NCBI RefSeq assembly: GCF_020745735.1
Contig: NC_083426.1
Location: 41,974,001 to 42,038,000, forward strand
Direction: 5' to 3'
Length of the DNA: 64,000 bases
From: Hemiscyllium ocellatum
Taxonomy: Eukaryota
Positions within the stretch are counted from its first letter, which is position 1, and each line of letters starts with the position of its first letter. Shown piece after piece: positions 26,003 through 36,261 of the stretch. The notes beneath the pieces were generated by a model, which did no database searches, was not told the DNA's origin, and worked only from the letters and a program-made list of their open reading frames with translations. The position numbers were made by a program, and so were the translations under genes.

Positions 26003-26180
26003 AAAGTCAGAAATCACACGATACCAGGTTATAATCCAACAGGTTTATTTGAAATCACCAACTTTTGCATCAGGTGAAGTCACTCACTTGTACTTCCAAA
26101 TAAACCTGTTGGATTATAACTTGATGTCATGTGACTTCTGACTTTGTCTACCCCAGTTCAACACCGGCACCTCCACATCT
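26003..26180. mobile_element. Penelope family-2 fold-back element (ribozyme core deleted)
   Basis: aaagtcagaaatcacacgataccaggttataatccaacaggtttatttg / caaataaacctgttggattataacttgatgtcatgtgacttctgacttt. Tail on the right arm only. Confidence 0.8.
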
Positions 26181-26519
26181 TAATCTTAAAAAGCCTTAGC
26201 TATGCTATAAAAGTCCCACATATTTTAAGGGTTTAGGGTTTCTCTCTTCAGTATATACACTTCCCCACTTAAGGCAGTGTATAAGATATTGAAGTTATTT
26301 TTGGTTGTAACAGAAACACATACATACACACGCGATCTCTCCCTCTCTCTCTCCTTCCAACATAGACACTTCCATACATTTTCTCCTTCTCCCTCACACA
26401 CACATATAAGTCAATGCGATGAAATTGCATTTACAGGCTTGTATTTGCAGATATGTTCTATTTTGTTCAGAAAGCACGTAATCAGGAGGCAGTCAGTTAA
26501 TGTGGCATTTTATAAGTCC

Positions 26520-26910
26520 TTACTTTGGAAACAGAACCAGTCTGATTCAAGGTTGGGATACAGACAGACTCCAACCTCACACTTCTAATACATTGTCTGA
26601 GCTGAGATGTCTTTTTTTTATATACTGATAAAACCTTAAGTTATCTTGGAGCCATGACTTGAAAGAAATTCTGGGAGTTACATATTAATCAATTGAAACC
26701 TCCATTCCCATTCTTAGTGACTATAGACTTGACAGCAATCTAGGTTTGTTCAATACAACGCATCAGTTGTATGACACTTTGATCTTTTACTATAAATTCC
26801 GCGTTCTATGATCCTGCCACACTAGCTACCTGATGATGGAGCAGCGCTCTGAAAGCTTGTACTTTCAAATAAACCTATTGGATTATAACCTGGTGTGTGA
26901 ATTTTAACAT
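26520..26910 (+). mobile_element. Longer Penelope family-2 3' fragment ending in the hammerhead-bearing terminus
   Basis: Unique-looking body followed by ctacctgatgatggagcagcgctctgaaagcttgtac...aaataaacctattggattataacctggtg. Confidence 0.65.
26827..26861 (+). ncRNA. Minimal type-I hammerhead ribozyme motif (family 2), sense to APOBEC2 pre-mRNA
   Basis: UAC-CUGAUGA-U-GGAGC-AGC-GCUCU-GAAA-GC-UU-GUA. 3-bp stem I, 5-bp stem II (G-U closing), palindromic AGCU helix III. Activity is untested. Confidence 0.55.
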
Positions 26911-27457
26911 TAACATTGATAGCATCTGTATATCATCCCCATGTCCACTTACAGGTTTGTTTTGCTAGTTGCAACAATTTTTTTTATGGTTGATTCCTGC
27001 ATGAATATTTTAATACTTATTGTGTTCTAACTGATTAATTTATGCTAATTTCCAAATCAAACCTAAATTGCTAACGAAAATAAATATTGCTGGAAAAGCT
27101 CTGCAGGTCTAGCAGCAGTGGAGTGTGAATTATATACTGATAAAACCTTAAGTTATCTTGGAGCCATGACTTGAAAGAAATTCTGGGAGTTACATATTAA
27201 TCAATTAATATGTGGAGTGAAGTCAGAGTTAACATTTTAGGGTCTAGTGATCCTTCCTCAGAAGGTCTAACCAGATATTTCTACATGCACTCCTTCATTT
27301 CTGGCCTCTTGCTTTTCTCCATTTGTGGTAGTAGTAGTGCCTTATATCTGCCTAAATTCTAAGCTGTTCAATTCTCTTCCTAAATATCATCTCTGCCTCT
27401 TTCTTCTCATTTTAAAATGCACCTTAAAACTCCTTCTGACCAAGCTGTTGTCTATTT

Positions 27458-27762
27458 CATAGATACCCTACACAGTGAAAGCAGACCATTCGATCCATCA
27501 AGTCCACACCAATCCTCTGAAGAGCATCCAACTCAGACCTAGATTCCTACCCTATCCTTGTAACCCTGCATTCCCCATTGCTAACCCACCTTGCCTGCAC
27601 ATCTTTGGACTGTGGGAGGAAACCAGAGCACCCGGAGAAAACCCATGCAGACATAGGGAGAATGTGCAAACTCCACACAGTCAGTAGCTCGAGGCTGGAA
27701 TGGAGCTCAGGTCCCTGGTGCTGTAAGACAACAGTGCTAACCACTGAGCTATCATGCTGCCC
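27458..27762 (-). mobile_element. HE1-like V-SINE inserted in an L2-like 3' end just upstream of APOBEC2 exon 2
   Basis: SINE head, V-domain and tail. The flanks (27340-27457 and 27765-27880) resemble the L2-like 3' end at 46950-47130. Confidence 0.8.
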
Positions 27763-27960
27763 TTTGGATTAATGTTTCCTTTTGCAACTGTATTTGTGAC
27801 ATTTTAATGTGGTCAATACATTCTCTGTGTGAAACAACGATTATTTTAAAATGTGTTTGATGTGCTTCTGATGCTTGTATACTTATAATGAGTGCTGTAT
27901 TGATAAGGTTGAATACTTTATTTTTTTGCTCTGTCCAATACCTGCTTCTTTCTTTTCCAG

Positions 27961-28495
27961 GCAACGCATGCCATCTGCTTTCTTCAAATTCCAGTTCAAA
28001 AACGTAGAATATTCTTCAGGACGGCACAAAACCTTTTTGTGCTATTCAGTGGAGAAGCAGGGCACGGAATGTGAGAGGTCAGAGGGATATGTGGAGGATG
28101 AGCACGCGGGCACCCACGCAGAAAATGCCTTCTTCACAGATATCTTCACGGAGTGTGATGGGAGCCTGAGCTACTCCATCATTTGGTATGTGTCCTCCAG
28201 TCCTTGCGCGGTGTGTGCTGCCAAAATCGCTGAGTACCTGAGCAATTCCCCCAACGTGGAGCTCACCATCTTCATGGCACGCTTGTTCATGTGGGAAGAG
28301 GCCGAAATTCATCAGGGCCTACGGCAACTGAAAGCAGCTGGCTGCCGGTTGAGAATCATGAAGGCACCAGAGTATAATTACTGCTGGAACACCTACGTTG
28401 ACAACGAAGGGGAGGCTTTTACACCTTGGGAGGACCTTCAAGACAGCAGCACGTTCTACGAAGAAAAACTACATGAAATTCTACAACAAGCCTAG
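27961..28495 (+). CDS. APOBEC2: APOBEC2 coding exon 2 (zinc-dependent cytidine deaminase fold)
   Basis: Pyrimidine tract cttctttcttttccAG (AG 27959-27960), then G+QRMPSAFFKFQFKNVEYSSGRHKTFLCY...HAE-x26-PCAVC...RLFMWEE...WEDLQ...YEEKLHEILQQA* (TAG 28493-28495). These are APOBEC2-specific signatures. The spliced CDS is 134+535=669 nt, 222 aa. A donor AAG|GTGAGG at 28499 implies a non-coding 3' exon, as in mammals. Confidence 0.97.
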
Positions 28496-28871
28496 AAGGT
28501 GAGGACTTTGCCAGAATTTTGGCTTGCCACCGTGCTGATGGTTTTGATTTTTACCTCCCGGTCTAGCGTTTACTTCCCTCATTCATTGGTGATTTGTGTA
28601 TATTTCTGGCAAGGCCTCCATCCCCAGTAGCATTTGAGTGGACTTGCTGCGCTGTTTCGGAGGACTGTGAAGAGTCAACTGCATTGCCATGGGTCAAGCG
28701 TTACATATAGGCTAGATCAGGTAAGGACAGCAGATTTCCATCCCAAAAGCATATCAGTGAAACAGGTGGATTTTAACAACAACAAAAATGTAATTATCAC
28801 TACTGAGACCATCTTTGTATTCCAGATGTATTTGTTTAAATTCCACTAACGTTGAAGGATATTTGAACCCA

Positions 28872-31800
28872 TAGAACATAGAATATTACAGAGCAGTACA
28901 GGTCCTCGATGTTGTGCTGACCAATCTGAAGTCCATCTAACCTACAATATTCTATTCTCATCCCTATATTTATCCAATGACAATTTAAATGTCCTTAAAC
29001 TTGACGAGTCTACTACTGTTCCATGCGCTTACTACTCTCTGAGGAAAGGACCTACTTCTGACATCTGTCCTATATCTATCACCCTTCAATTTAAAGCAAT
29101 GTCCCCTCGTGCTAGCCATCACCATCCGAGGAAAAAGGCTCTCACTGTCCACCCTATCTAATCCCCTGATCATCTTCTGTGACTCTATTATGTCACCTCT
29201 TAACCTTTTTTTCTCTAACAAAACCAGCCTCTAGTACCTCAGACTTTCTTCATAAGAACTTCCCTCCATACCAGGAAACATCTTAGTAAATCTCCTCTGC
29301 ACCCTTTCCAAAGCTTCCAGATCCTTCCTATAATGCAGCAGCAAGAACTGTATGTAATACTTCAAGTGTGGCCACACGAGAGTATTGTACGGCTGCAACA
29401 TGATGTCATGGCTCTGAAACTCAATCCCTCTACCATTAAAAGCTAACACACCGTATGCCTTCTTAACAACCCTATCAACCTAGGTGGCAACTTTCAGGGA
29501 TCTATGCACATGGACACCAAGATCTCTCTGCTCATCCACACTACCAAGAATCTTACCATTAGCCCAGGATTCTGCATTCCTGTTACTCTTTCCAAAGTGA
29601 ATCGCCTCACACTTTTCCGCATTAAACTCCATTTGCCACCTCTCGGCCCAGCTCTGCAACTTACCTATGTCCCTCTGTAACCTGCAACATCCTTTGTCAC
29701 TATCCACAACTCCATCAACTTTAGTGGTGTCCGTAAATTTACCAACCCACCCATCTATGCCCTCATCCAGGTCATTTATAAAAATGACAAACTGCAGTGG
29801 CCCTAAAACAGACCCTTGCAGTACACCACTAATAACTGAACTCCAGGATGAACATTTCCCATCAACCACCATACTCTGTCTTCTTTCAGATAACCAAATT
29901 CTGATTGAAACTAATAAATCACCCTCAATCCCACGCCTCTGTATTTTCTGCAGTAGCCTAACTTGGGGAACCTTATCAAATACCTTATTGAAATGCATAT
30001 ACATTAAATCAACTGCTTTACCCTCATCCACCTGTTTGGTCACCTTCTCAAAGAACGCAATAAGGTTTGTGAGACATGACCTACACAAAACCATGTTGAC
30101 TATCTCTAATCAAATTATTAATTAATTATAAATCTTACCTCTTATAATCCTTTTCAAGATTTTACCCACCAACCGAAGTAAGGCTCACTAGTCTATAATT
30201 ATAATAGTTGTCCCTACTCCTTTTCTTGTACAAGGGGACATCATTTACTATCCTCCAGTCATCTGGCACTATTCCTGTAGACAATGACGACATAAAGATC
30301 AAAGCCAAAGGCTCTGTAATCTCCTTCCTAGCTTCCCAGAGAATGCCAGGATAAATCCCATCTGGCCCAGGGGACTTATCTATTTTCACACTTTTCAGAA
30401 TTACTAACACCTCCTCCTTATGAACCTCAATCCCATCTAGTCTAAAAGTTTATATCTCAATATTCTCCTCAACAACATTGCCTTTTTCCTGTGTAAATAC
30501 TGATGAAAAATATTCATTTAGCACCTTCCCTATGTCTTTGGACTCCATGCATAACTTCCCACTACTGTCCTTGACTGGCCCTAATCTTACTGTAGTCATT
30601 CTTTTATTCCTGACATATTTATAGAAAGCTTTAGGGTTTTCCTTGATCTTACTTGCCAAAGACTTCTCATTTTCCCTCTGGGCTCTTCTTAGCTCTCTCT
30701 TTAGGTCCTTCCTGGCTAACTTTATCTCAAGCCTTCATACCTCATCCTTACATAAGCCTTCTTCTTCCTCTTGACAAGAGATTAAACTTCTTTATTAAGC
30801 TATGGTTCCCTTGCTCGACAACTTACTCCCTGCCTGACAGGTACACTTATCAAGGACCTGCAGTAGCTTTTCCTTGAATAAGCTGCACATTTCGATTGTG
30901 CTCATTCCCTGCAGCTTCCTTCCCCATCCTATACTTCCCAAACCATACCTAATCGCATCCTAATTGCCTTTCCCCCAGCTATAATTCTTGCCCTGCGGTA
31001 AATACCTGTCCCTTACCATTGCTAAAGTAAACATAATAGAATTGTGGTCACTACCACCAAGGTGCTCACCTACCTCCAAATCTAACACCTGGCCTGGTTC
31101 ATTATCCAGACCAAATCCAAAGTGGCCTTGCCTCTTGTTGGCCTATCTTCATACTGTGTCAGGAAACCCTTCTGCACACATTGGACAAAAACTGACTCAT
31201 CCAGACTATTCGAACCATAGTACTTCCAGTCAATGTTTGGAAAGTTAAAGCCCCTATAACAACTACCCTGTTACTTTCACTCCTATCTAGAATCATCCTT
31301 GCAATCCTTTCCTCTACATTTATGAAACTTTTTGGAGGCCTATAGAAAACTCCCAACAGGGTGACCTCTCCTTTCCTGTTTCTAAACTCACCATATATTA
31401 CTTCAGGAGACGAGTCCTCATCAAATGTCCTTTCTGCCACTGTAATACTGTCGTTGACTAACAATGCCACACCCCTCTTCTTTTAACACCTTCCCTGATC
31501 TTAATGAAACATCTAAACCCTGGAACCTGCAGCAACCATTCCTGCCCTATTCTATCCATGTCTGCAAAATGGCCACAATATCGAAGTGTCAGGTACCAAC
31601 CCATGCTGCAAGTTCACCCACCTTGTTCCATATGCTCCTGGCATTGATGTAGACACACTTCAAACCACCTTCCTGCCTGCCAGTACACTCCTGCGACCTT
31701 GAAACCTTATTCATGACATCACTACTCTCCCGCACTTGTACACTGAAACTACAATTCAAGTTCCCATCCCCCTGCTGAATTAGTTTAAACCCTCCCGAAG

Positions 31801-32000
31801 AGCATTAGCAAACTCCCCCTCAGAATATTGGTACCTCTCTGGTTAGGTGTAGACCATCCTGTCTGTAGAGGTCACACCTATCCCAGAATTAGCCCTAATT
31901 ATCCAGGTATCTGAATCCCTCCCTCCTGCACCCTTCCTGTAGCCATGTGTTCAACTGCTCTCTCTCCCTATTCCTCATCTTGCTTGCACGTGGTACGTGC
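28872..32000 (-). mobile_element. Decayed CR1 LINE: ORF2 plus the 3' end of the ORF1 esterase; same family as 21253-24105
   Basis: Fragmented ORFs 28985-31470 match the ORF2 at 21253. Near 31800-32000 the minus strand reads ...DLYRQDGLHL..., an SGNH-like motif. (ctatgttctat) tail at 28872. Confidence 0.92.
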
Positions 32001-33135
32001 CCATGTAGCTAATGCCCATGTTCAGGGCATTAGCCTAAACCTGCTGGATTACTAAGCCAGTGACATTATCACCATACCACCCTCTTCCCTTGGCACACTT
32101 ACCTATTGGTATTGATCAACGAAAGATAAGGAATGTTAAAAATGCCAACGCTACCAGTTTGGTTAATGTTCCATTGACTTAGCACCAATATATCAGAAAA
32201 TAAAGAGTTTGAACTCTACACCAGACAATCCTGGTGAGTGGACACCACAGCTCTTACTCTGAACCATATTTAATATTTAGAAATCATATTTAATACCCAA
32301 ACTAATTATAAAATATGGGAGTCCATAACATTATCCTGCCGTGCAAACTGTAAGTCTAAATTGATATAAAAATTGTAGCCATTGAAAAGGTTTCATATTG
32401 TGATTTGATCGACTGACAAGCAGCCTGCAAATTTGTCTATGATTCACACTGTTGTCTGAGGGAAGAATGTAAACACTGGAAAGCAACACCAGGAATGGAT
32501 ATAAAATAAGTGCATAAGAAATAAGGGTAGATCATAGAACGCCGCCATTTGACATGCTCCTGACTGACCTCCTACCCTACCTTCATTTTCCCATGTGTTT
32601 CTCATATCTGTTAATTCCCTCAAAGATAAAGATTTAGTGATTCCACCTAATGCTCAACAACTGACCATTCACAATTCACTATGTTAGAAAATTCCTAAGA
32701 TTCACAAAATTTATCCCCACTCTTACTCTAAATTCACCAACCAGGAGGAGCAATCTTTCTGTGTCTATCTAATTTTGAGCCTCTTCAGAATCATGTATAT
32801 TTAAATCACCTCTCTTTTCACCTAAACTATAGAGAGCAGAGACCCAATTATCTTCCCATCATAGGATGACCTGTCACTTCAGCACACAATCTAGTAAACC
32901 ACTGGAATACTTTCTATTCATATTTTTCTCATTGTGGAAATAGGTATTTCTAAATGGCAGCATTTGAGGCATATTTTAAACTTCCCTTTCCCTTGCTTCC
33001 AAGACAAATGAATCCTTACTAAGATATAAATACCAAAATTGTATTGTACTTCAGGGATGAGCTTAGCAAAGTCCTTCACAAATTCACAACCGTTCTCCTT
33101 TTTGTCCTCCCTTACTCTAAAGACCAATATGTAAT

Positions 33136-33421
33136 GATTAGATTCCCGAAAGTGTGGAAACAGGCCCTTCGGCCCAACAAGTCTACATTGACCTTCCAAA
33201 GAGTAATCCACCCAGACCCATTTCCCTCTGACAAATGCACCTAACACTATGGGTAATTTAGCATGGCTAATCCACCTGACCTCCACATCTTTGGACTGTG
33301 GGAGGAAACCCACGCAGACACAGGGAGAATGTGCAAACTCCACATAGACAGTCACTCAAGGCTGGAATCGAACCCAGGTGTTGTGAGGTTGCAGTGCTAA
33401 CCACTGGACCACTGTGCCACC
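33136..33421 (-). mobile_element. HE1-like V-SINE
   Basis: Head, V-domain and tctaatc tail. Confidence 0.85.
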
Positions 33422-33785
33422 TTTAGCTTCCTCCTTAATTGCTTAATGTTTCTGGAAGCCAATTTTCAGCATTGAATTTTCCCTACATGATAAACATCAG
33501 TTACCTTGTTGCCAATTCATATAACTAGTCTTTATCTCTTTGTAGTCTATTTGTGTCCTCCTCAAATTACTACCTGGCATTACATCATCAGGAACTCTTG
33601 GTCTCTCTATCCAAGTCATTAACACAGATTGTACGCTCAGATCCTTGAGGTAATTCTGCCCTGCCAATTTAAAGTGTTCTCATTTATCCCTACTCTCTGC
33701 TTCTCGCCTGTTAACTAAGTCTCAATTGATGCTCATATTTTACTCCCAATGTCATGAGCCCTTACCTTGCTTAATATCTTTGTTG

Positions 33786-34495
33786 AAAATGTGTTGCTGG
33801 TTAAAGCACAACAGGTTAGGCAGCATCCAAGGAACAGGAAATTCGACGTTTCGGGCCAGAGCCCTTCATCAGGAATGAGGAGAGTGTGCCAGGCAGGCTA
33901 AGATAAAAGGTAGGGAGGAGGGACTTGGGGGATGGGCGATGGAGATGTGATAGGTGGAAGGAGGTCAAGGTGAGGGTGATAGGCCGGAGTGGGGTGGGGC
34001 GGAGAGGTCAGGAAGAAGATTGCAGGTTAGGAGGGCGGTGCTGAGTTCGAGGGAATCGACTGAGACAAGGTGGGGGGAGGGGAAATGAGGAAACTGGAGA
34101 AATCTGAGTTCATCCTTTGTGGTTGGAGGGTTCCCAGGTGGAAGATGAGGCGCTCTTCCTCCAACCGTCGTGTTGTTATGTTCTGGCGATGGAGGAGTCC
34201 AAGGACCTGCATGTCCTCGGTGGAGTGGGAGGGAGAGTTAAAGTGTTGAGCCACGGGGTGGTTGGGTTGGTTGGTCCGGGCGTCCCAGAGGTGTTCCCTG
34301 AAGCGTTCCGCAAGTAGGCGGCCCATCTCTCCAATATAGAGGAGGCCACATCGGGTGCAGCGGATGCAATAGATGATGTGTGTGGAGGTGCAGGTGAATT
34401 TGTGATGGATATGGAAGGATCCCTTGGGGCCTTGGAGAGAAGTAAGGGAGGAGGTGTGGGCGCAAGTTTTGCATTTCCTGCGGTTGCAGGGGAAG
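33786..34495 (-). mobile_element. 5'-truncated Penelope-like element (GIY-YIG endonuclease end + 3' pLTR)
   Basis: CTSTHIIYCIRCTRCGLLYIGEMGRLLAERFREH (ORF 34027-34521), followed by the family-1 terminus. Imperfect flanking taatat..tgttg duplication. Confidence 0.92.
33841..33876 (-). ncRNA. Minimal type-I hammerhead ribozyme motif (family 1), best-preserved copy
   Basis: AUUC-CUGAUGA-A-GGGC-UCUG-GCCC-GAAA-C-GUC-GAAU. Perfect 4-bp stem I, 4-bp stem II, GUC cleavage triplet, palindromic ACGU helix III. Confidence 0.75.
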
Positions 34496-34795
34496 TAATA
34501 TTGTTGTATAAGGCACCTCATTGAAAGCCTTTTGATATCCCGTATACCATAGTTATTGACTCGCCTTTATCTACCCTACTGGTTAGATCTTAAAAACTCA
34601 AATAAATTCTTCAATTATGATTTCCCTTTGTAAAACATTATTGACAACGTCAGACGATACCTTGATTTATAAGTTGATTAAAACTACCTTAATATCAGAC
34701 TCCAGTCTTTTCTAGACACTTGGTGTCATGCTAACTGATCTGGGGTTCCCTGTTTCTGTTCCTCCTCATTGCTTGAATCACGGTGTTAAAGTTGC

Positions 34796-34889
34796 CAGTT
34801 AATGAAGGGCTTTTGCCTGAAACGTCGATTTTACTGCTCCTCGGATGCTGCCTGAACTGCTGTGCTTTTCCAGCACCACTAATCCAGAA
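34796..34889 (+). mobile_element. Penelope family-1 mini-element
   Basis: 9-bp TSD taaagttgc (34787-34795 / 34890-34898). Truncated ribozyme core. Confidence 0.8.
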
Positions 34890-35579
34890 TAAAGTTGCTA
34901 GCTACCAATCACAGAGACCTTTCCACTATCCAGGGAATTTTGGAAAATCAAAACTCGTGCTTTACCACCTTTCTTGTTTCCTTTCTTGTGCAAACTTTGG
35001 ACAGTAAAACAACAGGGTAAAATCAGTAAACTGTTTATCTGACTGTGAGTATTTGCAATATGGCTTGTGGACAACTAATACAAAGGAACACATCTTCCAT
35101 CATTTTCACTGTGAGATCAGCAGTGTTGTACGTATATGTGATTTTTCCTCTCAATTACTCTACTGTGGCCTTGTTGTGGTTTGTCAAAATAAATAGTTAA
35201 TTAATAGGCTATGATAGCAGCAAGCACAAGTCTTGTCATACAATGGTAGCATTCCTAGCTCTGAACCAGAAGCTCTGGGTTCAAGTCCCAGTCCAGGACT
35301 TGTTGGCCAAGAGGATTTGTTCATGACATGGCCAAGCAAATTGATTATTAGGCCTGTAAGTCCCCTCAGTATGGCAGACGATAAGAGTGGGGGTTCTTTC
35401 TGGTTAGCTAAACAGGCAACAGTAAACCATTGCAGTACTTTGTCCATTAGTGTGGAAACAAATCATATTCTTCCAACTTGCATTGAATCTCACTGGAGCA
35501 CTGCAGTGGGCCCAAGACCTTCATACCCGTTATGTCAACTTACTTCCTACTTCCACTAACTACTCCATTCTCCTTCACC

Positions 35580-36100
35580 TACTACACCAATTCATTGAGT
35601 ATCTAGAATAAGTGAACCGCCAACAACTATCAAGAAGCTCAACATCATTCAGGCCAAAGCAACCTGCTTGACAGGTACCCTATCCAGCATCTTCAACATT
35701 CATTCCCTTTACATCACTACGTGGTGGAGCAATGTTTACAAAACACACAGTGACAACTCATTAAGGCTGCTTATACTGTACCTTCAAACCCTTGATCTCT
35801 ACCAGCTAGAAGGACAAGGACAGTAGATGCATGGGATCTGGGGCTACTGAAATCCAAAGCTCAGGGATGGTTACTGTGCTTGGGACTGGGTTGTGGGGTG
35901 TTGAGGTCAGAGGCTGGGGATATGGACCAGGAACAGCACCGGGTCTCATGATGTCTGTCCTTAACACACTGAGTGTTTCTATAGCCCAAGTTCTGCAGCA
36001 ATTTCAAATTGGCAGCCCATCACAAAATTCGCAGAAGCAATTAGGGAAGGACAAGAAATGGTGGCCTAGCCAGTGATGCCCTCATCCCACGAATAATTTT
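35580..36100 (+). mobile_element. Old LINE (CR1/L2 group) 3' fragment
   Basis: KLNIIQAKATCLTG..S..FNIHSL-like degenerate RT C-terminus. Confidence 0.55.
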
Positions 36101-36261
36101 TAAAAATATCCAAAAGTACTTATGCATGTAGGAGAAAAATATCATTCTGCTAGTTAAATTGTTAAATTGCAGACAACCCTACATTTGAAAAGCACTCTAA
36201 TGCATCAACATACAGTTGACAGTTCTGGACACTTATTGACAGTCTTTGATATTTTCCACAG

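Noticed and set aside
17060-26180. Recurrent ~30-40-nt motifs as a CRISPR-like array or DNA-transposon TIRs
   Set aside because: They are irregularly spaced and dispersed, have 9-15-bp TSDs and are linked to PLE RT/GIY-YIG. The context is eukaryotic with no cas genes.
27875-27960. N-terminal 28 aa (MYTYNECC...) of the 206-aa ORF as the APOBEC2 start
   Set aside because: It is intronic pyrimidine tract and L2-like remnant. The real N-terminus is exon 1 at 15585, joined in the correct phase.
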